From the NCBI RefSeq assembly GCF_006345805.1, contig NC_043006.1, positions 45,632,001 through 45,696,000 on the forward strand: a stretch of 64,000 nt of DNA, read 5' to 3'. A program made the translations under genes and the position numbers. Below are positions 36,134 to 49,923 of this stretch, piece after piece (the stretch's first letter is position 1; each line of letters opens with the position of its first letter). Below the pieces are notes generated by a model that ran no database searches, was not told the origin of the DNA, and saw only the letters and a list, made by a program, of their open reading frames with translations. The DNA is from Octopus sinensis. Taxonomy: Eukaryota.

Positions 36134-36829
36134 ATATATATATGAATGTGCATATATAAGTGCAGACGTCGCTGTAATATTAAGAAGCTCACTTCTCTAC
36201 CACATGGTTCTAGGGTCAATCCCACTGCTTGGTACCTCAGGCAAGTTACCCCAGGTTGGCCCAAACCTTGTGTGTGGATTTCTTTTTAGATATAAACCAA
36301 AGGAAGCTGCCTGGTCGTGTGTGTGTGCGTGCATGCACGTTTTCTTGTCATGATATAAGTGCCATTGTTCTTTTCTAATCTTCCATGCAAGCATGTCTGA
36401 TCTTGGAGAAATATTACCTTCCTTAGAAACAAGTGAAGGTTGGCAACAAGAAGGGCAGAGAGAGGAGGGAGGTGAGTGTGAGGGAGAGAGAAAGTTGTGC
36501 ATGAGCACCCTTTTGTCATGTTGAGGACAAAGCTACTTCTCTTGGGCTAGTGTCATGAAAAATGCATCTTGTACTCACTGTAAAGTGTAAAGTCATGAAA
36601 ATCTTTTAGTATTGTCAAGGACATGATACCTCTTTGGTGTTGGTGGTACAAAAAAAAAAAAATAAAATAAAATATCCAGTACTTTGAGTAAGGTACTTGT
36701 TATTGGGAAGGACGTCCATTGTGAATGAGATGGGGGTCTTCTGACTTGCCTGGGTGAGCAGTACCCTGAAGACATGCTGACACCCAACCCGTGCCAGCAT
36801 GGAAAGTGGATGTAAAGTGATGATACTGT

Positions 36830-36870
<41 letters not shown>

Positions 36871-36994
36871 TAAACCACCTTTCTTTCCTTCCCTGAGCGT
36901 CTGCTAATACTTTATATGTACCACGTTCTCGTGTTGGTTTTTTTGCATTTGTTCTTTGTTTTTTGGATTTGTTACACACATGTATGTATATATG

Positions 36995-37018
36995 TGTGTG
37001 TGTGTATATATATATATA

Positions 37019-37088
<70 letters not shown>

Positions 37089-37143
37089 TATATACATACA
37101 TATATATATACATCATATATATAATATATATGTATATTTATAT

Positions 37144-37221
<78 letters not shown>

Positions 37222-37232
37222 ACATATACATA

Positions 37233-37272
<40 letters not shown>

Positions 37273-37297
37273 TATATATACATATACATATATATAT

Positions 37298-37361
<64 letters not shown>

Positions 37362-37404
37362 TACATATACATATATATATATATATATATACATATATAT
37401 ATAA

Positions 37405-37450
<46 letters not shown>

Positions 37451-37451
37451 A

Positions 37452-37529
<78 letters not shown>

Positions 37530-37545
37530 CACACACACACACACA
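36995..37545. repeat. About 550-bp interrupted (TA)n microsatellite
   Basis: Direct reading. Confidence 0.95.
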
Positions 37546-38440
37546 TATATATAATAACATATAATATGTGTGTGTGTGAGCACACATGCATGAATGCATA
37601 TATCCTGCATATCTTTGCACGAGATAGTTGAACAAAACAATGTCATGTCTATATTTCCCATACGTTCAATATGTTCTGCAGTTCTGTGACTTGTGAAAAC
37701 AGGCAGGAAAAAAAATCTTTTACTTGAAAAAAACAAAAATAAAAACCCAAACAAACATGCAAGGTTTGATGACAGGAAAGGCATCTAGCTATAACATACT
37801 GCTTCAATAAATTTTTGTTTAACTCACCATGCAACATGGGTTGGATATCTAATTCTTATGTTCGTTTTTCTCTGTTGGCATGGATTGGATGAAGACTTAT
37901 TGATACAGAATAATGTAGAAACACACACACACACACACACACACACATTCTCCCCCCCCCCACATACCTTTTATCTTTTACTTGTTTCATTTATTGGACT
38001 GCAGCCATGCTGGAGCACCGCCTTTTTTTAGCCAAACAGAAGAACCCCCCCCCCCCAGTACTTATTGGAAGTTTGGTATTTATTCTACTGGTCTCTTTTG
38101 CTGAGCTGCTTAGACATGTGGATGTAAACAAACCAACACCAATTGTCAAATGATGAAGAAGACAACACAGGCACAAAGACACAGACATGCACACACCACC
38201 ACATTCACTCACAGCTACAAATATACATACACACGCACGCACAACTACATACACACACACAAACACACACGACGAGCTGCCATGCAATTTCTATCTATGA
38301 AATTCATAGATAGAAATGCACAGGGCATTGGCTGGCTCAGAACTATAATAGAAGACACTTGTCCAATGTGCCGGGCAGTGGGAGTGAACCCAACCCAACA
38401 TGGATGTAGACTGAACTTCTTAACCGCACAACTCTATATA

Positions 38441-38645
38441 CAAGGAGGTGCTGAAAGGTATAAAAGAAAATACAGGAGGATCAGTTAATTATGATTTTAG
38501 TCAACATATTCCCCTCTCAGATTCACACACTTATTATAGTGGTCCTTCAGTTTCTCTAAGCCCTGTAAAAGAACTCAGAAGGTTGGGCCTCCAACCAGGC
38601 CATTTCGTGTTACCCTTAAAACAGGAACTTTTCAGCACCCCATCG
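38441..38645. mobile_element. mariner-type MITE
   Basis: TA-CAAGGAGGTGCTGAAAG left end and CAGGAACTTTTCAGCACCCC right end; second copy at 39230-39419. Confidence 0.75.
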
Positions 38646-39039
38646 TGTGTGTGTGTGTACTTTTCTCACTGTATTTAGTGTTTGTTTCTCTTTTTGTCTT
38701 CTACAATTTTGTTTTCGGATCTTATCTATATATGAAGAATTTTCCTCTGTTTGGCTGTTTTTCTCTCCACAAAAAGGAAAGTTGCATTATGGAACAGTCA
38801 TTTAACGAGAATTTTTATTTATTTATCACCCGATGAGATACGTCTGCACCACTGGATACTCCTGAACCAGTTTTTGTGCGTCCCACAAGAGGAGTCAATG
38901 CCTAGATGTGTTGAAACAATTGTTATGATTAATAATATATTCTCGTATATTCCATCTTCTGTCTTTCATTTGTTATATATATATATATATATTTAAATAT
39001 AGCTATATATATTTATATATATATGAAATTGATAAAAAA

Positions 39040-39225
39040 AAATGGAGAAAAAAGACAAGAAAAAACAACACGAAAACTTGGTACGTGTAAAGTATTAATA
39101 AGATACTCAGAGAAGGAAAGTAAGAGTGGTTGTTTTACACTTCGAGCAAAGCTCTTCAGTGGAAACAGGAGACCTAGGAAAGTTTAAAGCAAAAGGAAGA
39201 ATGAGGAAAAAAAAGTTTCCAACAG
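39040..39225 (-). mobile_element. Penelope-like remnant, same family as 12140-12340
   Basis: Reverse strand GTTT-CCACTGA-AGAGC-TTT-GCTC-GAAG-TGTA-AAAC. Confidence 0.55.
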
Positions 39226-39229
39226 TCCA

Positions 39230-39419
39230 CGAAGGAGTGTTGAAAAGTGCCTAGCTTTGGGTAAAAGAAAATACTGGAGGATCAGTTAATTATGATTTTA
39301 TCCAACATATTCCCCTCTCAGATTCACACATATAGTAGCAGTCCTTCAGTTTTTCTAAACCCTGTACAAGAACCCAGAAGGTTGGGCCTTAAAGCCAGGA
39401 ACTCTTTGGCACCTCTTTC
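39230..39419. mobile_element. mariner-type MITE (second copy)
   Basis: Aligns with 38441-38645; degraded TIRs. Confidence 0.72.
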
Positions 39420-39849
39420 TATATGTATGCATGTTTGGCTGTCCTAATAGGAAAGAACATAAATGTAGTAGAGTATATTTATTTGTTTGAAGGTGAGGAA
39501 TTTCTGCCAAGTCTTTTGTATATTTATTGATTTCTTGATCACCTGAAAGTTGAATGAGTGTACAGATGCGAAATACTCAGAGTAACGAGGGAGAGATTCA
39601 CATGCATGCACACATTTGTCTGTGTGCACATATACACACAACCTCGTACAATATACTATGTATATGTCTGTGTATGTATATACACTCAATATATATGTAA
39701 GCATATGTCTGTACATACATACATCCTTACACACATACACACACACGTATATATACAGATATATGTGTGTATGTGTCTAAATGTATACAAATATGTGTGT
39801 GTGTGTATATATATATATATATTTATATATGTATACATGTGTGTATATC

Positions 39850-39867
39850 TATCTGTCTATCTATCTC

Positions 39868-39966
<99 letters not shown>

Positions 39967-39995
39967 GTCTATCTGTCTGTCTGTCTATCTATCTC
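39850..39995. repeat. (TCTA)n/(TCTG)n tetranucleotide microsatellite
   Basis: Direct reading. Confidence 0.95.
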
Positions 39996-40199
39996 CATAT
40001 ATCATACAAGTGTGTGTGTGTGTGTGAATATGTGACCAAAATTTGCAGAAATTAGCCCTGTTGATAGGGAACATAGAGAAATTGGTATGGAACAATATAT
40101 AAAATAAATTAAAAATAAATATTTAAACAAAAAAAAAATTAGTTTGCTTGTTTGTTTGTGTGTATGTGTGTGTGTGTGTTTGTGTGCCCTAACACTTAT

Positions 40200-40410
40200 A
40201 TCTTAGTGGCAGGTGATAAATGCGAAAACAAAAGGTAAGATAAATAGGAGTGCAGCAGACATTTTACCCTGAGAACAAACAGGAAGTGAGAAAGTTCTGG
40301 TGACTCAAGGAGCATGGTAAAGGTATGCTAAAGACTTTTAAGATGGCCTCCCTCTGTTTTCTACACCAGACATCTCAAGATGTATACAGGTGAGTGTATA
40401 AAAGGCCTCG
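40200..40410 (+). promoter_or_regulatory. Cluster of TF-like motifs in unique DNA (E-box, GATA x2, ETS, AP-1, YY1-like, TATA)
   Basis: CAGGTG 40210, TGATAA 40214, AGATAA 40238, CAGGAAGT 40280, TGACTCA 40301, AAGATGGC 40340, TATAAAAG 40397. Confidence 0.35.
40370..40389 (+). other. Candidate 20-nt micro-exon
   Basis: CCCTCTGTTTTCTACACCAG acceptor and CAG|GTGAGT consensus donor. Confidence 0.35.
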
Positions 40411-41713
40411 GACTCACTCCCATCTAAGCTAAGCTTTGCTAGCTAGTTATCCTGTCTTCTCCCGCAAGAGGGTAATAATTTACCTGCTCAGGTGTGTCCT
40501 CACTAAGCCATGTTAGAAGCTTCATCAAAATATTTTTACTTGGGCAGCTGTGGCTGATAAAAAAGAAAAAGAAAAAAAAAGTTTCAGAAGTAGTTAATGA
40601 TTGTAACAGTAGTTGTAGAAGTAGTAGTAGTAGTAGTTGTAGTAGTAATCACAGCAGCAGCAGTGGTTGTAGTAGTTGTAACTGAACTAGCAGCAGTGAC
40701 AGTGACTGCAGTAGTAGTGGTAGTAATGATGGTGTTGTCAGTGGTGGTGGTGTGGTGGTGGTGGTGGTGATAGTGGTGACTATAAACAAGGAATATAGCA
40801 TTTGTTGAGAAGAGCTCACTTCTTTATTTTCTCTGCTTATATGGATACCTCGAACTTTACATCATGGTGGGTCTGATTTTATAATTCTTCTTTCTTTTAA
40901 TTCTACGTCAATTATTGCCTTTTGATTTACTTTCACATATTCAAGTATTTCTTTCTCTTTTGGTTCTTTTTTTCCCCTTTTTTTTTAATGTGTGTATGAT
41001 ACTTACCTGTAGAAAAGGTGGTATTTTTTACGCCAAGTTTTCGGTCGATTGCTTATTTTTTTGTGGGTGTTTTCATTTTTGTTTCGATAACGATAAATCT
41101 TTGTTAAAACTGATAATCATAAGATTGTTTTTTCACCTTCCTCCCATTACAGTTTTACATGTACACACACATACACATACCTATATACATAATTACATGC
41201 AGAAATATACACATGCATGTATACGCCACTTACATTTTCCCATGTATACATTGAAATACGTTAAATATAATGTGTTGGTAACTTTTACATGAGGAAATTT
41301 TATTGAAAGTTTTTAAAAGATCTTAATTAATTTTTTTAAAAATTTATCTATTTTGGAAGTTAATTTCTTCCTTTTTACTACTGTAATTTTCAAAAACCTT
41401 TTTACATATATTCCAAAACTTTTTCACATATATATTATTATTAATGATATTACTACTCAGAATGGTACCCTACTTCTACCAAATATTCCAAATATATTTT
41501 TAATTTCATGAATTTCTTTATAGTACTTTTATATTCTGTGAATGTGTGTGTGTGTGTCTTGTTCCAGAGTTTCTTTTCATTCTTTTAAAAAATAATTCCA
41601 AGTAAGAACATTCGGGGGGGGGGGGGTCTTATTTATTTGTTTAAGACTAAGCCTAAAAGGAAAAATATCTTTGAAAATAATAGAAAATATTTCCATTTGT
41701 AAAAAGTCATTGC

Positions 41714-41746
<33 letters not shown>

Positions 41747-42415
41747 TGTTTTTCTGTTTCTTTTGATTTAATACTTTGGAAATTTTTTGTGCTCCATTGT
41801 TAGGTTCGGAATCTTGGTGGTGCCAACAGGTTAAGTTCTTCAGTTTCTTTAGATTTTTCAAGTTTTTCAGTCTTTTAGTTTAAAACTCACCTGTAAATCG
41901 TTCAAATGCAAGAAACAAACAAACAAAAAACAAACAAACCCCAAAATCCAGAATCTAGTTGAATTCAAATGTTGTTCCTAAGACTTTTGATATCAGCCCA
42001 CCTAGTTCTTACGAACCAAAAAAAAAAAAAAGTTTTAGAACGTTTGCATTAAAATCTTCCATTTTAATTTTATGTAACAACTTTTGTAAAAAAAAAAAAA
42101 ACTCAAAAACCTCCAAAGCCCTGTATGAATAGACTGATTAATATAAAAGTTAGTTATTTTGCCAAAACTCCCCAAATTCTTGATTATTTTCAAAATTGAT
42201 TGAAGCTTAGAAGTTAATTATTTTATTACAAATATCTTCTATGCCAAGGGGTTTTTTTAAAAATGTATTTTTATTTCAATATTCCGTCTGCGTTCCCATT
42301 CTGTTATTAAAAACTTAGAAACCTGTATAGGTAGTTTAAAAAACCAAATGTAGTAGTGGTACTTCATTGTTCCTTTGGCTATTATTTCTTCTCTCTGCTC
42401 CCCCACTCCCTATAG

Positions 42416-42465
42416 TTGATGGTGTGTGGGCGGGGAGAACATTTGGTGATGGCGGCAAATTCTAA
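42416..42465 (+). other. Candidate coding exon (..VDGVWAGRTFGDGGKF*)
   Basis: Very strong pyrimidine tract plus TAG acceptor, G-rich island, phase-compatible with 40370-40389; no protein recognised. Confidence 0.25.
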
Positions 42466-43935
42466 AGTTTACTTCAGAATTTACTTCTGCTTGTGTGTGT
42501 GTGTGTGCGCGTGGAGTGAAAGGGAGAGAGAGAGAGAAAGAAAGATATTTTTTTTTCCTTTTTATCAGAGAGATATTTTCGATGAGGCGTGTTGTTACCC
42601 CAGAGGTCATATTGACAAATTTGATTGGCCTGATTAACATGTTTCAGGACACCAGTACTCACACATTTATAGTCACTAGTCTCCTATAACTTCGGAAAAA
42701 CTCCCTTTAAAAGATCTTATTTTCTTGAACGTCATAGAAGCTGAACAAGATTCTATAATTTTTACGAACTACTAAAAATATGTATCTATGCATATTGCCT
42801 ATATATTTTTATATATATGTATATATTTCATTTTTAGAATGACATTGTCTCTAGCTTGTATTGTCTCGAACTAAGCCACTTCTAAAATGTACAGTCTTTT
42901 ACATAGCACGAGCCTTCATACCTGTATGCACATGCAGTCATGTGCGCACCATACTCACCTGAACTTTGGCACAGATATAAAACGAGTCTTTCTGACAGCT
43001 ATACGTATGATCTTTGAAAGTCGTTTTTATTATAAATTAACACATGTTTATGCTGTAGAGAGACGGTGGGCAGGAGGTGGCTGACATTTTAGACAGGGTC
43101 CTTCTTTTGCAGATGCAGGTGGGCCAGTGCTAGGTTTTTTGGACTTTGGTTTTCATTTTCTCGAAGTAAAGTGAGCTTTATCAGTTGTTTAAAACTTTCT
43201 CTCTCTCACACTCTCTCTTTCTACCCCTTCTCTCTCATTTTATTACCAATCTTCTTTCTCCTTTTATTTAGGCATTTCAATTCCTAGTACTTTCAATTGG
43301 TTAAAGAATTTTTATTCTTCTTTACCATATTTGATGACATAAAAAGACACACACCCAATTTCAGCAGCACTGTGCATACTCAGGATAAAAAAGTTTTTGT
43401 AGCATTAAATTATGTAATATCTAAAGTAATGTTTTATGTAACGACCCAGGGTGTTTTTTTTTATAGATATTTTTTAGGATGACAGTGTGCCATCAAATAT
43501 GATATAATATCTTCTAAATATTCTGATAGGCAACAAATAGAAAAACAGCCTTTCTTATGAATGTCTGATTGAAATTAATTTTATTTTTCTATAACTTTCT
43601 ACACTTTAATTGTTATTGAAAGGAAATTTTGTTGGAATTCTTACACTGTTTGTCATCCAGGGGAGTAGCATGAATACCAAAAACTCACACTTCAGCACGA
43701 TGAGGATGATGACGACAATGATGATGATCTTTCTACTGTAGGCACAAAGCTTGAAATTTTGTGCGGATAAGTCATTTTGATCGACACCTCCTCCCCCAGT
43801 GTGTAACTGGTACTTATTTCATCAACCCTGAATGGATGAAAAGCAAAGTTTGAACTCAGAATATAAAGACAGATAATAATAATGATGATGGTAATAATAA
43901 TAATAATGATGATGGTAATAAATAATATTAATAAC

Positions 43936-43974
<39 letters not shown>

Positions 43975-44303
43975 CTTTCTACTTTAAGTTCTAAGCCTGA
44001 AGTTCTGGGGCTTGGGGTAGTCAATAACATTGATCTTTAGTCTTTGACTGGTACTTACTTTATCGACCTCAAAAGGATGAAAGGCAAAGTTGGTCTTGGT
44101 GGGATTTGAACTCAGAATGTAAATGTGGACAAAATGCTGCCAAGCATTTTCTTGGGATGGTAACAATTCTGCCAGTTCACCGCCTTCACCTTGTTTGCTA
44201 TTTTGCTATTCAAAGGAAGTTTTGTCGGAATTCTTACAATGTTTTTCTCATCCATGAGTGTAGCGTGAATACGAAAAACTCAGTCCTCACTACTATGACA
44301 ATG

Positions 44304-44383
<80 letters not shown>

Positions 44384-44446
44384 CACTACCACCACGACTA
44401 CTACCACCACCACCACCACCACAACAACAACAACAACAACAACAAA

Positions 44447-44660
44447 GGTGGTGAGCTGGCAGAATTGTTGCTGTGCCGGACAAAATACTTAGCAACATTT
44501 TGTCTGTCTTCACATTCAGAGGTCAAATTCCGCCGGGGTCGACTTTGCCTTTCATCCTTTTGGGTTTGGTAAATTAAGTACCAGTCATGTACTGGGTCGA
44601 TGTAATTGCATTGTCTCTTCCCCCTAAATTTCAGGCCTTGTGCCTTAACTAGAAAAGATT
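44447..44660 (+). mobile_element. SINE family B preceded by (ACT)n(ACC)n(AAC)n
   Basis: Head and body match; 3' module AAATTTCAGGCCTTGTGCCT..AGAAAAGATTATT. Confidence 0.85.
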
Positions 44661-44673
44661 ATTATTATTGTTA

Positions 44674-44704
<31 letters not shown>

Positions 44705-45134
44705 AATTATGATGATTAATTTTAATATTGGTACATGATTAAGAGTTTATAGAAGAGAACCAGTTGACTTAGTCAATGTGGACACGTGTGGTCTGTGCTA
44801 TCTTAACGTATGGGTACATTGCGCAGTTACCCTACATTCCAGGGGCCCACTTTTGATCTATGTATGTTTGTGGTTTGCTGTCAAGAAATAAATAGTATAG
44901 GGCCTCTGGCTTAGTGGTTAGGGTGTTGGATTCATGATCCTAAGATTGTGGTTTCGATTCCTGTGAATGAGTAATCCTGCGACAGACTGGCATCCCATCC
45001 AGGGAATCAAATATATGCCAGAGTAACCAGGAAACTGGCCCTATGCTCCTTATGGAGTAATGTGGACTAACCATAGGGCTCAGTGCATTGATTTACCTGA
45101 GGGCATATCATGCTACTAAGACAGCCCTGTAGTA

Positions 45135-45559
45135 AGGGCCAAATTAAGACTCATCAAAGCCCTAAGCACTTAAAAGATTTTGGTGCCCCCAAAAAAGATT
45201 ATGTAATTCAAAATATAAACAATAACAAACCATAAAATAATTTTTTATTTTTGAAGACGAAACAAAACAGTAAGAGGGGAAAATTTATTTTTGTATACTT
45301 TCACTTTATTTATATTTGAAAAGTTTCCTCCTTCTTTTTTGAATTGCAAAGTCTTTGATCTGATTCTCAAAACTAATCTTCAGTAACACATCTGCATCTA
45401 TACTTAGTAGAGACAAAGGCATCCTGAATATTATTTTAGAAAGTTTAAAGTGATTTCTTTTGTGCCGTAAACCATCTACCATTTCTGTAGTGCCCCCACC
45501 CCCACTTCCCTTGATGCCTAAACATGTGCTTATTTTGCTTAATGATTAATCCAGCACTG
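45135..45559 (-). mobile_element. Deleted hAT element with transposase C-terminal fragment
   Basis: AGGGCCAAATTAAG / TTAATCCAGCACTG ends; LSLLSIDADVLLKISFENQIKDFAIQKRRRKLF resembles the hAT dimerisation region. Confidence 0.75.
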
Positions 45560-46616
45560 CATGTGGTACTTATTTTATCAATCTTGGTGCAGTGAAGGTA
45601 ACTGCAAAATCATCTTCAGTGGGATTTGACCTCAGAATGTAAAGGGTTGAACTAAATATGAATAGGTAACTTGTCTGTGTTACTAAACTGTTACTACCAT
45701 TTCTCCATCTGGATTAATAATGATTTCCAACATAGGCTCAATGCCATAAATTATGGATAGAGGTGTAATCCGTTTAACTGATCCTCTCAGCCTTTGAATG
45801 ATTAAAGGTTGAATTCAACTCTGAAGAGATTTGGACTCAGAACATAATGGGATGTAATTGCCCCAAATAACATAATACATTTTGTCTGTCACTGCACCAA
45901 TTCTTTCCTCCGCTGTTCTATTCTACCCTTAATAATTCTTTCTACTACTGGACCCAGGCCTGAAATTTTGTGGGAGAGACCTAGTTGATGACATTGACAC
46001 CATTGCACAACGCATACTTATTTTATCAATCCTGAAAATACATGAAAGGTAAAAATCGACCCTGGTGGAATTTGAACTCAGAATGTAAAGCTGGAAAAAA
46101 AAATGCCACTAAGCATTTTCGTCCAACATGCTAACAATTCTGCCAGCTTGCTGCTTTTATTATACCACTTACAATAATGACAATGGTTGATGCATTTCAC
46201 GTGTTTATTTTCAGATTTATTTTCTCACCTGCTATCACCCCTTCTCTATTGTTAAAAGGAAACTTCTATTTTCATCTTATTCTTTCAAAACATTTTTGTT
46301 TTTGTTTTTGTAACTTACTACTCTGTGGTGTTGTAAGCTTTGTCTATGTGTATGTGTGAGAACAGTATTTTCCTTAGCGGGGGGGGGGGGGTTTCTTCTT
46401 TTACCTTTTTCTTATTGTGTTTTTTTTTTTTTTTTTTTTTTTTTGTAGTTGTAACTATTTAGATATGTTCAAGTTGATTGGCTGATTTCTGAACTGTACA
46501 CACAACAAGCATTATCCTATTTGGTTGTTAGAATGGCAACAAAGATTGAGAGTTATAGCTGTTTACTCTCTCTCTCTCTCTCTCTCTCTCTCACAGACAC
46601 ACACACACACACACAC

Positions 46617-46653
<37 letters not shown>

Positions 46654-47669
46654 TGTGCTGGCCAGAAATATTTTAATCAACGCAACTCCATCTATAGCCC
46701 ATCTTAAAAGCAGACAGGTAGTCATAAATAAATAAATATGTTCATTGTATATTGTTTGGTTTGGCTTGGAATTGATCTTGTCAACTGGTCGGTTGCTCTA
46801 AAAGCACCGTACTGCAGTTCTTAAATTTTACATAGTTTGATAGTGGAATAATATAATTGTCATCAGCCCCCTCCCCTTCTCTCTCTCTCTGTTCTTCAGT
46901 ATTTTTGTTGAATAGTAAGGCATATACATACATATATACATACATACATACATACATATACATATATATATATATATGTATGTATGTATGTATTATTCTA
47001 CTCATTCCTCTTCTTCATCACCATTATCCTTAATCCTCCCCCCCCTCACACCCGCGCCCCGCACACACAACCCCTGTTAAGACTATATCTACTCTGGTTG
47101 AATTATTGGATTAATTCTAAAATTACCAGAATTAATGCTTTAATCTTCCTAGCTATAGGAATAATCCTTTTATGAAAGCCATACCATGTAAAATACTCTA
47201 CTGCTGTTGGTTGTCTATCGCAGCAAACCTGGGTTGGTCTATCCAGCTGCTTCACACTTCAAATCAGTTTATAGTTGTCTGCGATTACAAATTTATAGTA
47301 ATCCACTTGAAAACTCTTCTAGCTTTTTGTTTTCTGTTGCATGCTATTGTTGTTGTTGTTATTGTTATTTTTTTGTCTCTCATCTTCTAGTTCTTTTGTT
47401 GTATCTCTCTTTTTTTTTTTTTTTACCTTTCTAAACACTAAGTGATAATTGTTTTTAAGGTTAGGTAGGATGGTGAATTGGCAAAAATGAAAAGAGAGCT
47501 GTAGCAGTAGATTTAAATCTGGCTTAACTGTATTGCGGCATTGAGTTTTGTCTCTCTCTGTCTCTCTAGCTTCTGAAGTTCAAAATCTCCTGGAATTCAC
47601 TTTGTCTTTCATCACCTTGGGTCACTTGATGGAAATGATTAAGTGAATAAAGAAATAGTAATGTATGCA

Positions 47670-47707
<38 letters not shown>

Positions 47708-47733
47708 AAATATTATTAGAGACATATAATATT

Positions 47734-47774
<41 letters not shown>

Positions 47775-48345
47775 GTGGTAAGTAGCTTTCTTACCAAACA
47801 CATGATTCCGGGTTCAGTCCCACTGCTTGGCACCTTGGGCAAGTGTCTTCTTGTCTTCTACTATAGCCTCGGGCCGACCAAAGCCTTGTGAGTGGATTTG
47901 GTAGACGGAAACTGGAAGAAGCCCGTCATATATATAATATATATATATATATATTATATATATGTGGTAAGTAGCTTTCTTACCAAACACATGATTCCGG
48001 GTTCAGTCCCACTGCTTGGCACCTTGGGCAAGTGTCTTCTTGTCTTCTACTATAGCCTCGGGCCGACCAAAGCCTTGTGAGTGGATTTGGTAGACGGAAA
48101 CTGGAAGAAGCCCGTCATATATATGAATATATATGTATATATATGTTTGTGTGTCTGTGTTTGTCCCCCAACATCGCTTGACAATCGATGGTGATGTGTT
48201 TACGTCCCTGTAACTTAGCGGTTCAGCAAAAGAAACTGATAGAATAAGTACTAGGCTTCCAAAGAATAAGTCCTGGGGTTGATTTGTTTGACTAAAGGCA
48301 GTGATCCAGCATGGCCACAGTCAAAAGACTGACACAAGTAAAAGA
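47775..48345 (+). mobile_element. SINE family A with a perfect 189-bp tandem duplication of its 5' half
   Basis: 47775-47930 identical to 47964-48119. Confidence 0.9.
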
Positions 48346-48949
48346 ATACACACATATATGTATACATATGTGTGTGTGTGTATATATGTATATATATATT
48401 AAGAATAATAGCATTGCTAGTTACAGTTTCCAAGGAGCCCAATCATTAGTAAATTACATTTCTGATAGTGAGAACAGCAAGGGAGTATCTGTGACTTAGC
48501 ACAGAACAAATATCACAACAGGCTTCATTTCAAATGTACCAATACTGGTATATATTGCCAAAAGATACATACTCATGTATTGCAAATGCAACGGTGCTCT
48601 ATTTATTGTTTTTTATACCAAGTCTTCTTTCTTTCCATCTTTATTCATATTTTCACATGAATTCATTTCAGTTTATTTGGAACAGTAAAGTTCCTAAATC
48701 AATCTTCAATGTTCCTGGACCTTCATAGTCCCATCTTCAAGATGGAATGATGTCGGTGTGTGTTGCTATGTTTTTGTTATTAGCAGAGCCAATTCAAATT
48801 GATGAAATTTGAATATTGAGCACTAGATGTATTACATCATCAGTCAGGTATTTATTTAACTAATCTGAACTAAAATTCAATGTCCAGACCAGCAGAAATA
48901 AAACTGTTAACAATGCAATATTCCATTTTTACCCCTAAATATTAAAATC

Positions 48950-49480
48950 AACAATATAGATACCACATGTCGGTTTACATTAAAGGCACACATGTTTATG
49001 CTTATATCACCCGTATCAACCAAACTATTGTATGTTGTTACACATTACTGGCCACAGTATACTTCGAGTTCTTCTTTGATCACATCCGTCTTTTCCATCT
49101 TGGCCTATATCATTTAACTAAATCATCGTCCATCATTATGGATGCCTTCCAAGCAGCCTTTTCCGATCACTTGGATGCCACTCAGCAACAGCATAGATCC
49201 ACTTGTTGTCTGTGAACCTTGTGACATGTCTGGCTCCATGGAACTTTTTTCTTTTGGTTTTCTGTGATTACATCGTTCATTCCATTCCATTCTCAGATTG
49301 CCTCATTTTGGATAAGCTCTTGCAGTGTTATTCTTTGTGCATATCTTTCCATGGTTCTTTACATTGTAGCTAATTTATATTCTTCCCTCTTTGTAGTAGA
49401 TCACATCTCCCTTGCGTATAAGAACATAGGCAGGATGGTACCATTGAAGAGATTGGTGCTTAAAGACTTATAGTTACACA
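48950..49480 (-). mobile_element. Old RTE LINE remnant
   Basis: LFNGTILPMFLYA.EMWSTTKREE..ARHVTRFTDNKWIYAVAEWHP..RKRLLGRHP, with stops. Confidence 0.7.
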
Positions 49481-49579
49481 CATATATAAGATGTCAAAGA
49501 TATACCTAGAAGAATATTTAGATTTTCCTTCACTAATGAAAGATTATCTATAGAGAAATTCACAGAATAAAACGAACAC

Positions 49580-49923
49580 GTAATTGGAGAAAGTAAAAAG
49601 AGAGAAAATAGGAAGTTTCTAACAATGTGGAAAGTTTAATAAAATCCTTATATTTCAGGTGCAAAGGCCCATCTTCAGAAGAAAAAAAACAGTCTGAGAA
49701 AAGTCCAGTTGCATAGGTTCTGTTAACTCATTCAAATTCTCTAATGTTAGGGAATTTGAATTGGTTAATGGGACCTACATAACTGGGCTTTTCTCAGATT
49801 GTTTTTCTTTTTCTTTTTTTCTGAAGATGGACCTTTGAGCCTGAAATATATAGATTATATATTAAACTCACTGCATTGTCGGAAACTTTCTATTTTCCCT
49901 CTTTTTACTTTCTTCAGTATTAC
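49580..49923. repeat. About 345-bp fold-back palindrome with outward-facing HHR-like motifs
   Basis: Arms of about 165-175 bp centred on 49745-46 (CTAA-TG-TTAG); CTGAAGATGG..CCTGAAATATA on both arms. Confidence 0.85.

Noticed and set aside
36593-37837. Long ORFs (up to 332 aa) of YI/IY repeats
   Set aside because: Translation of (TA)n; the same applies to most ORF-track entries built on CA, TA, GAT, ACT or CT repeats
38441-39419. About 150-bp direct repeats flanking Penelope-like DNA, initially read as LTRs/pLTRs
   Set aside because: Each repeat has its own mariner-type TIRs, so they are two independent MITE copies
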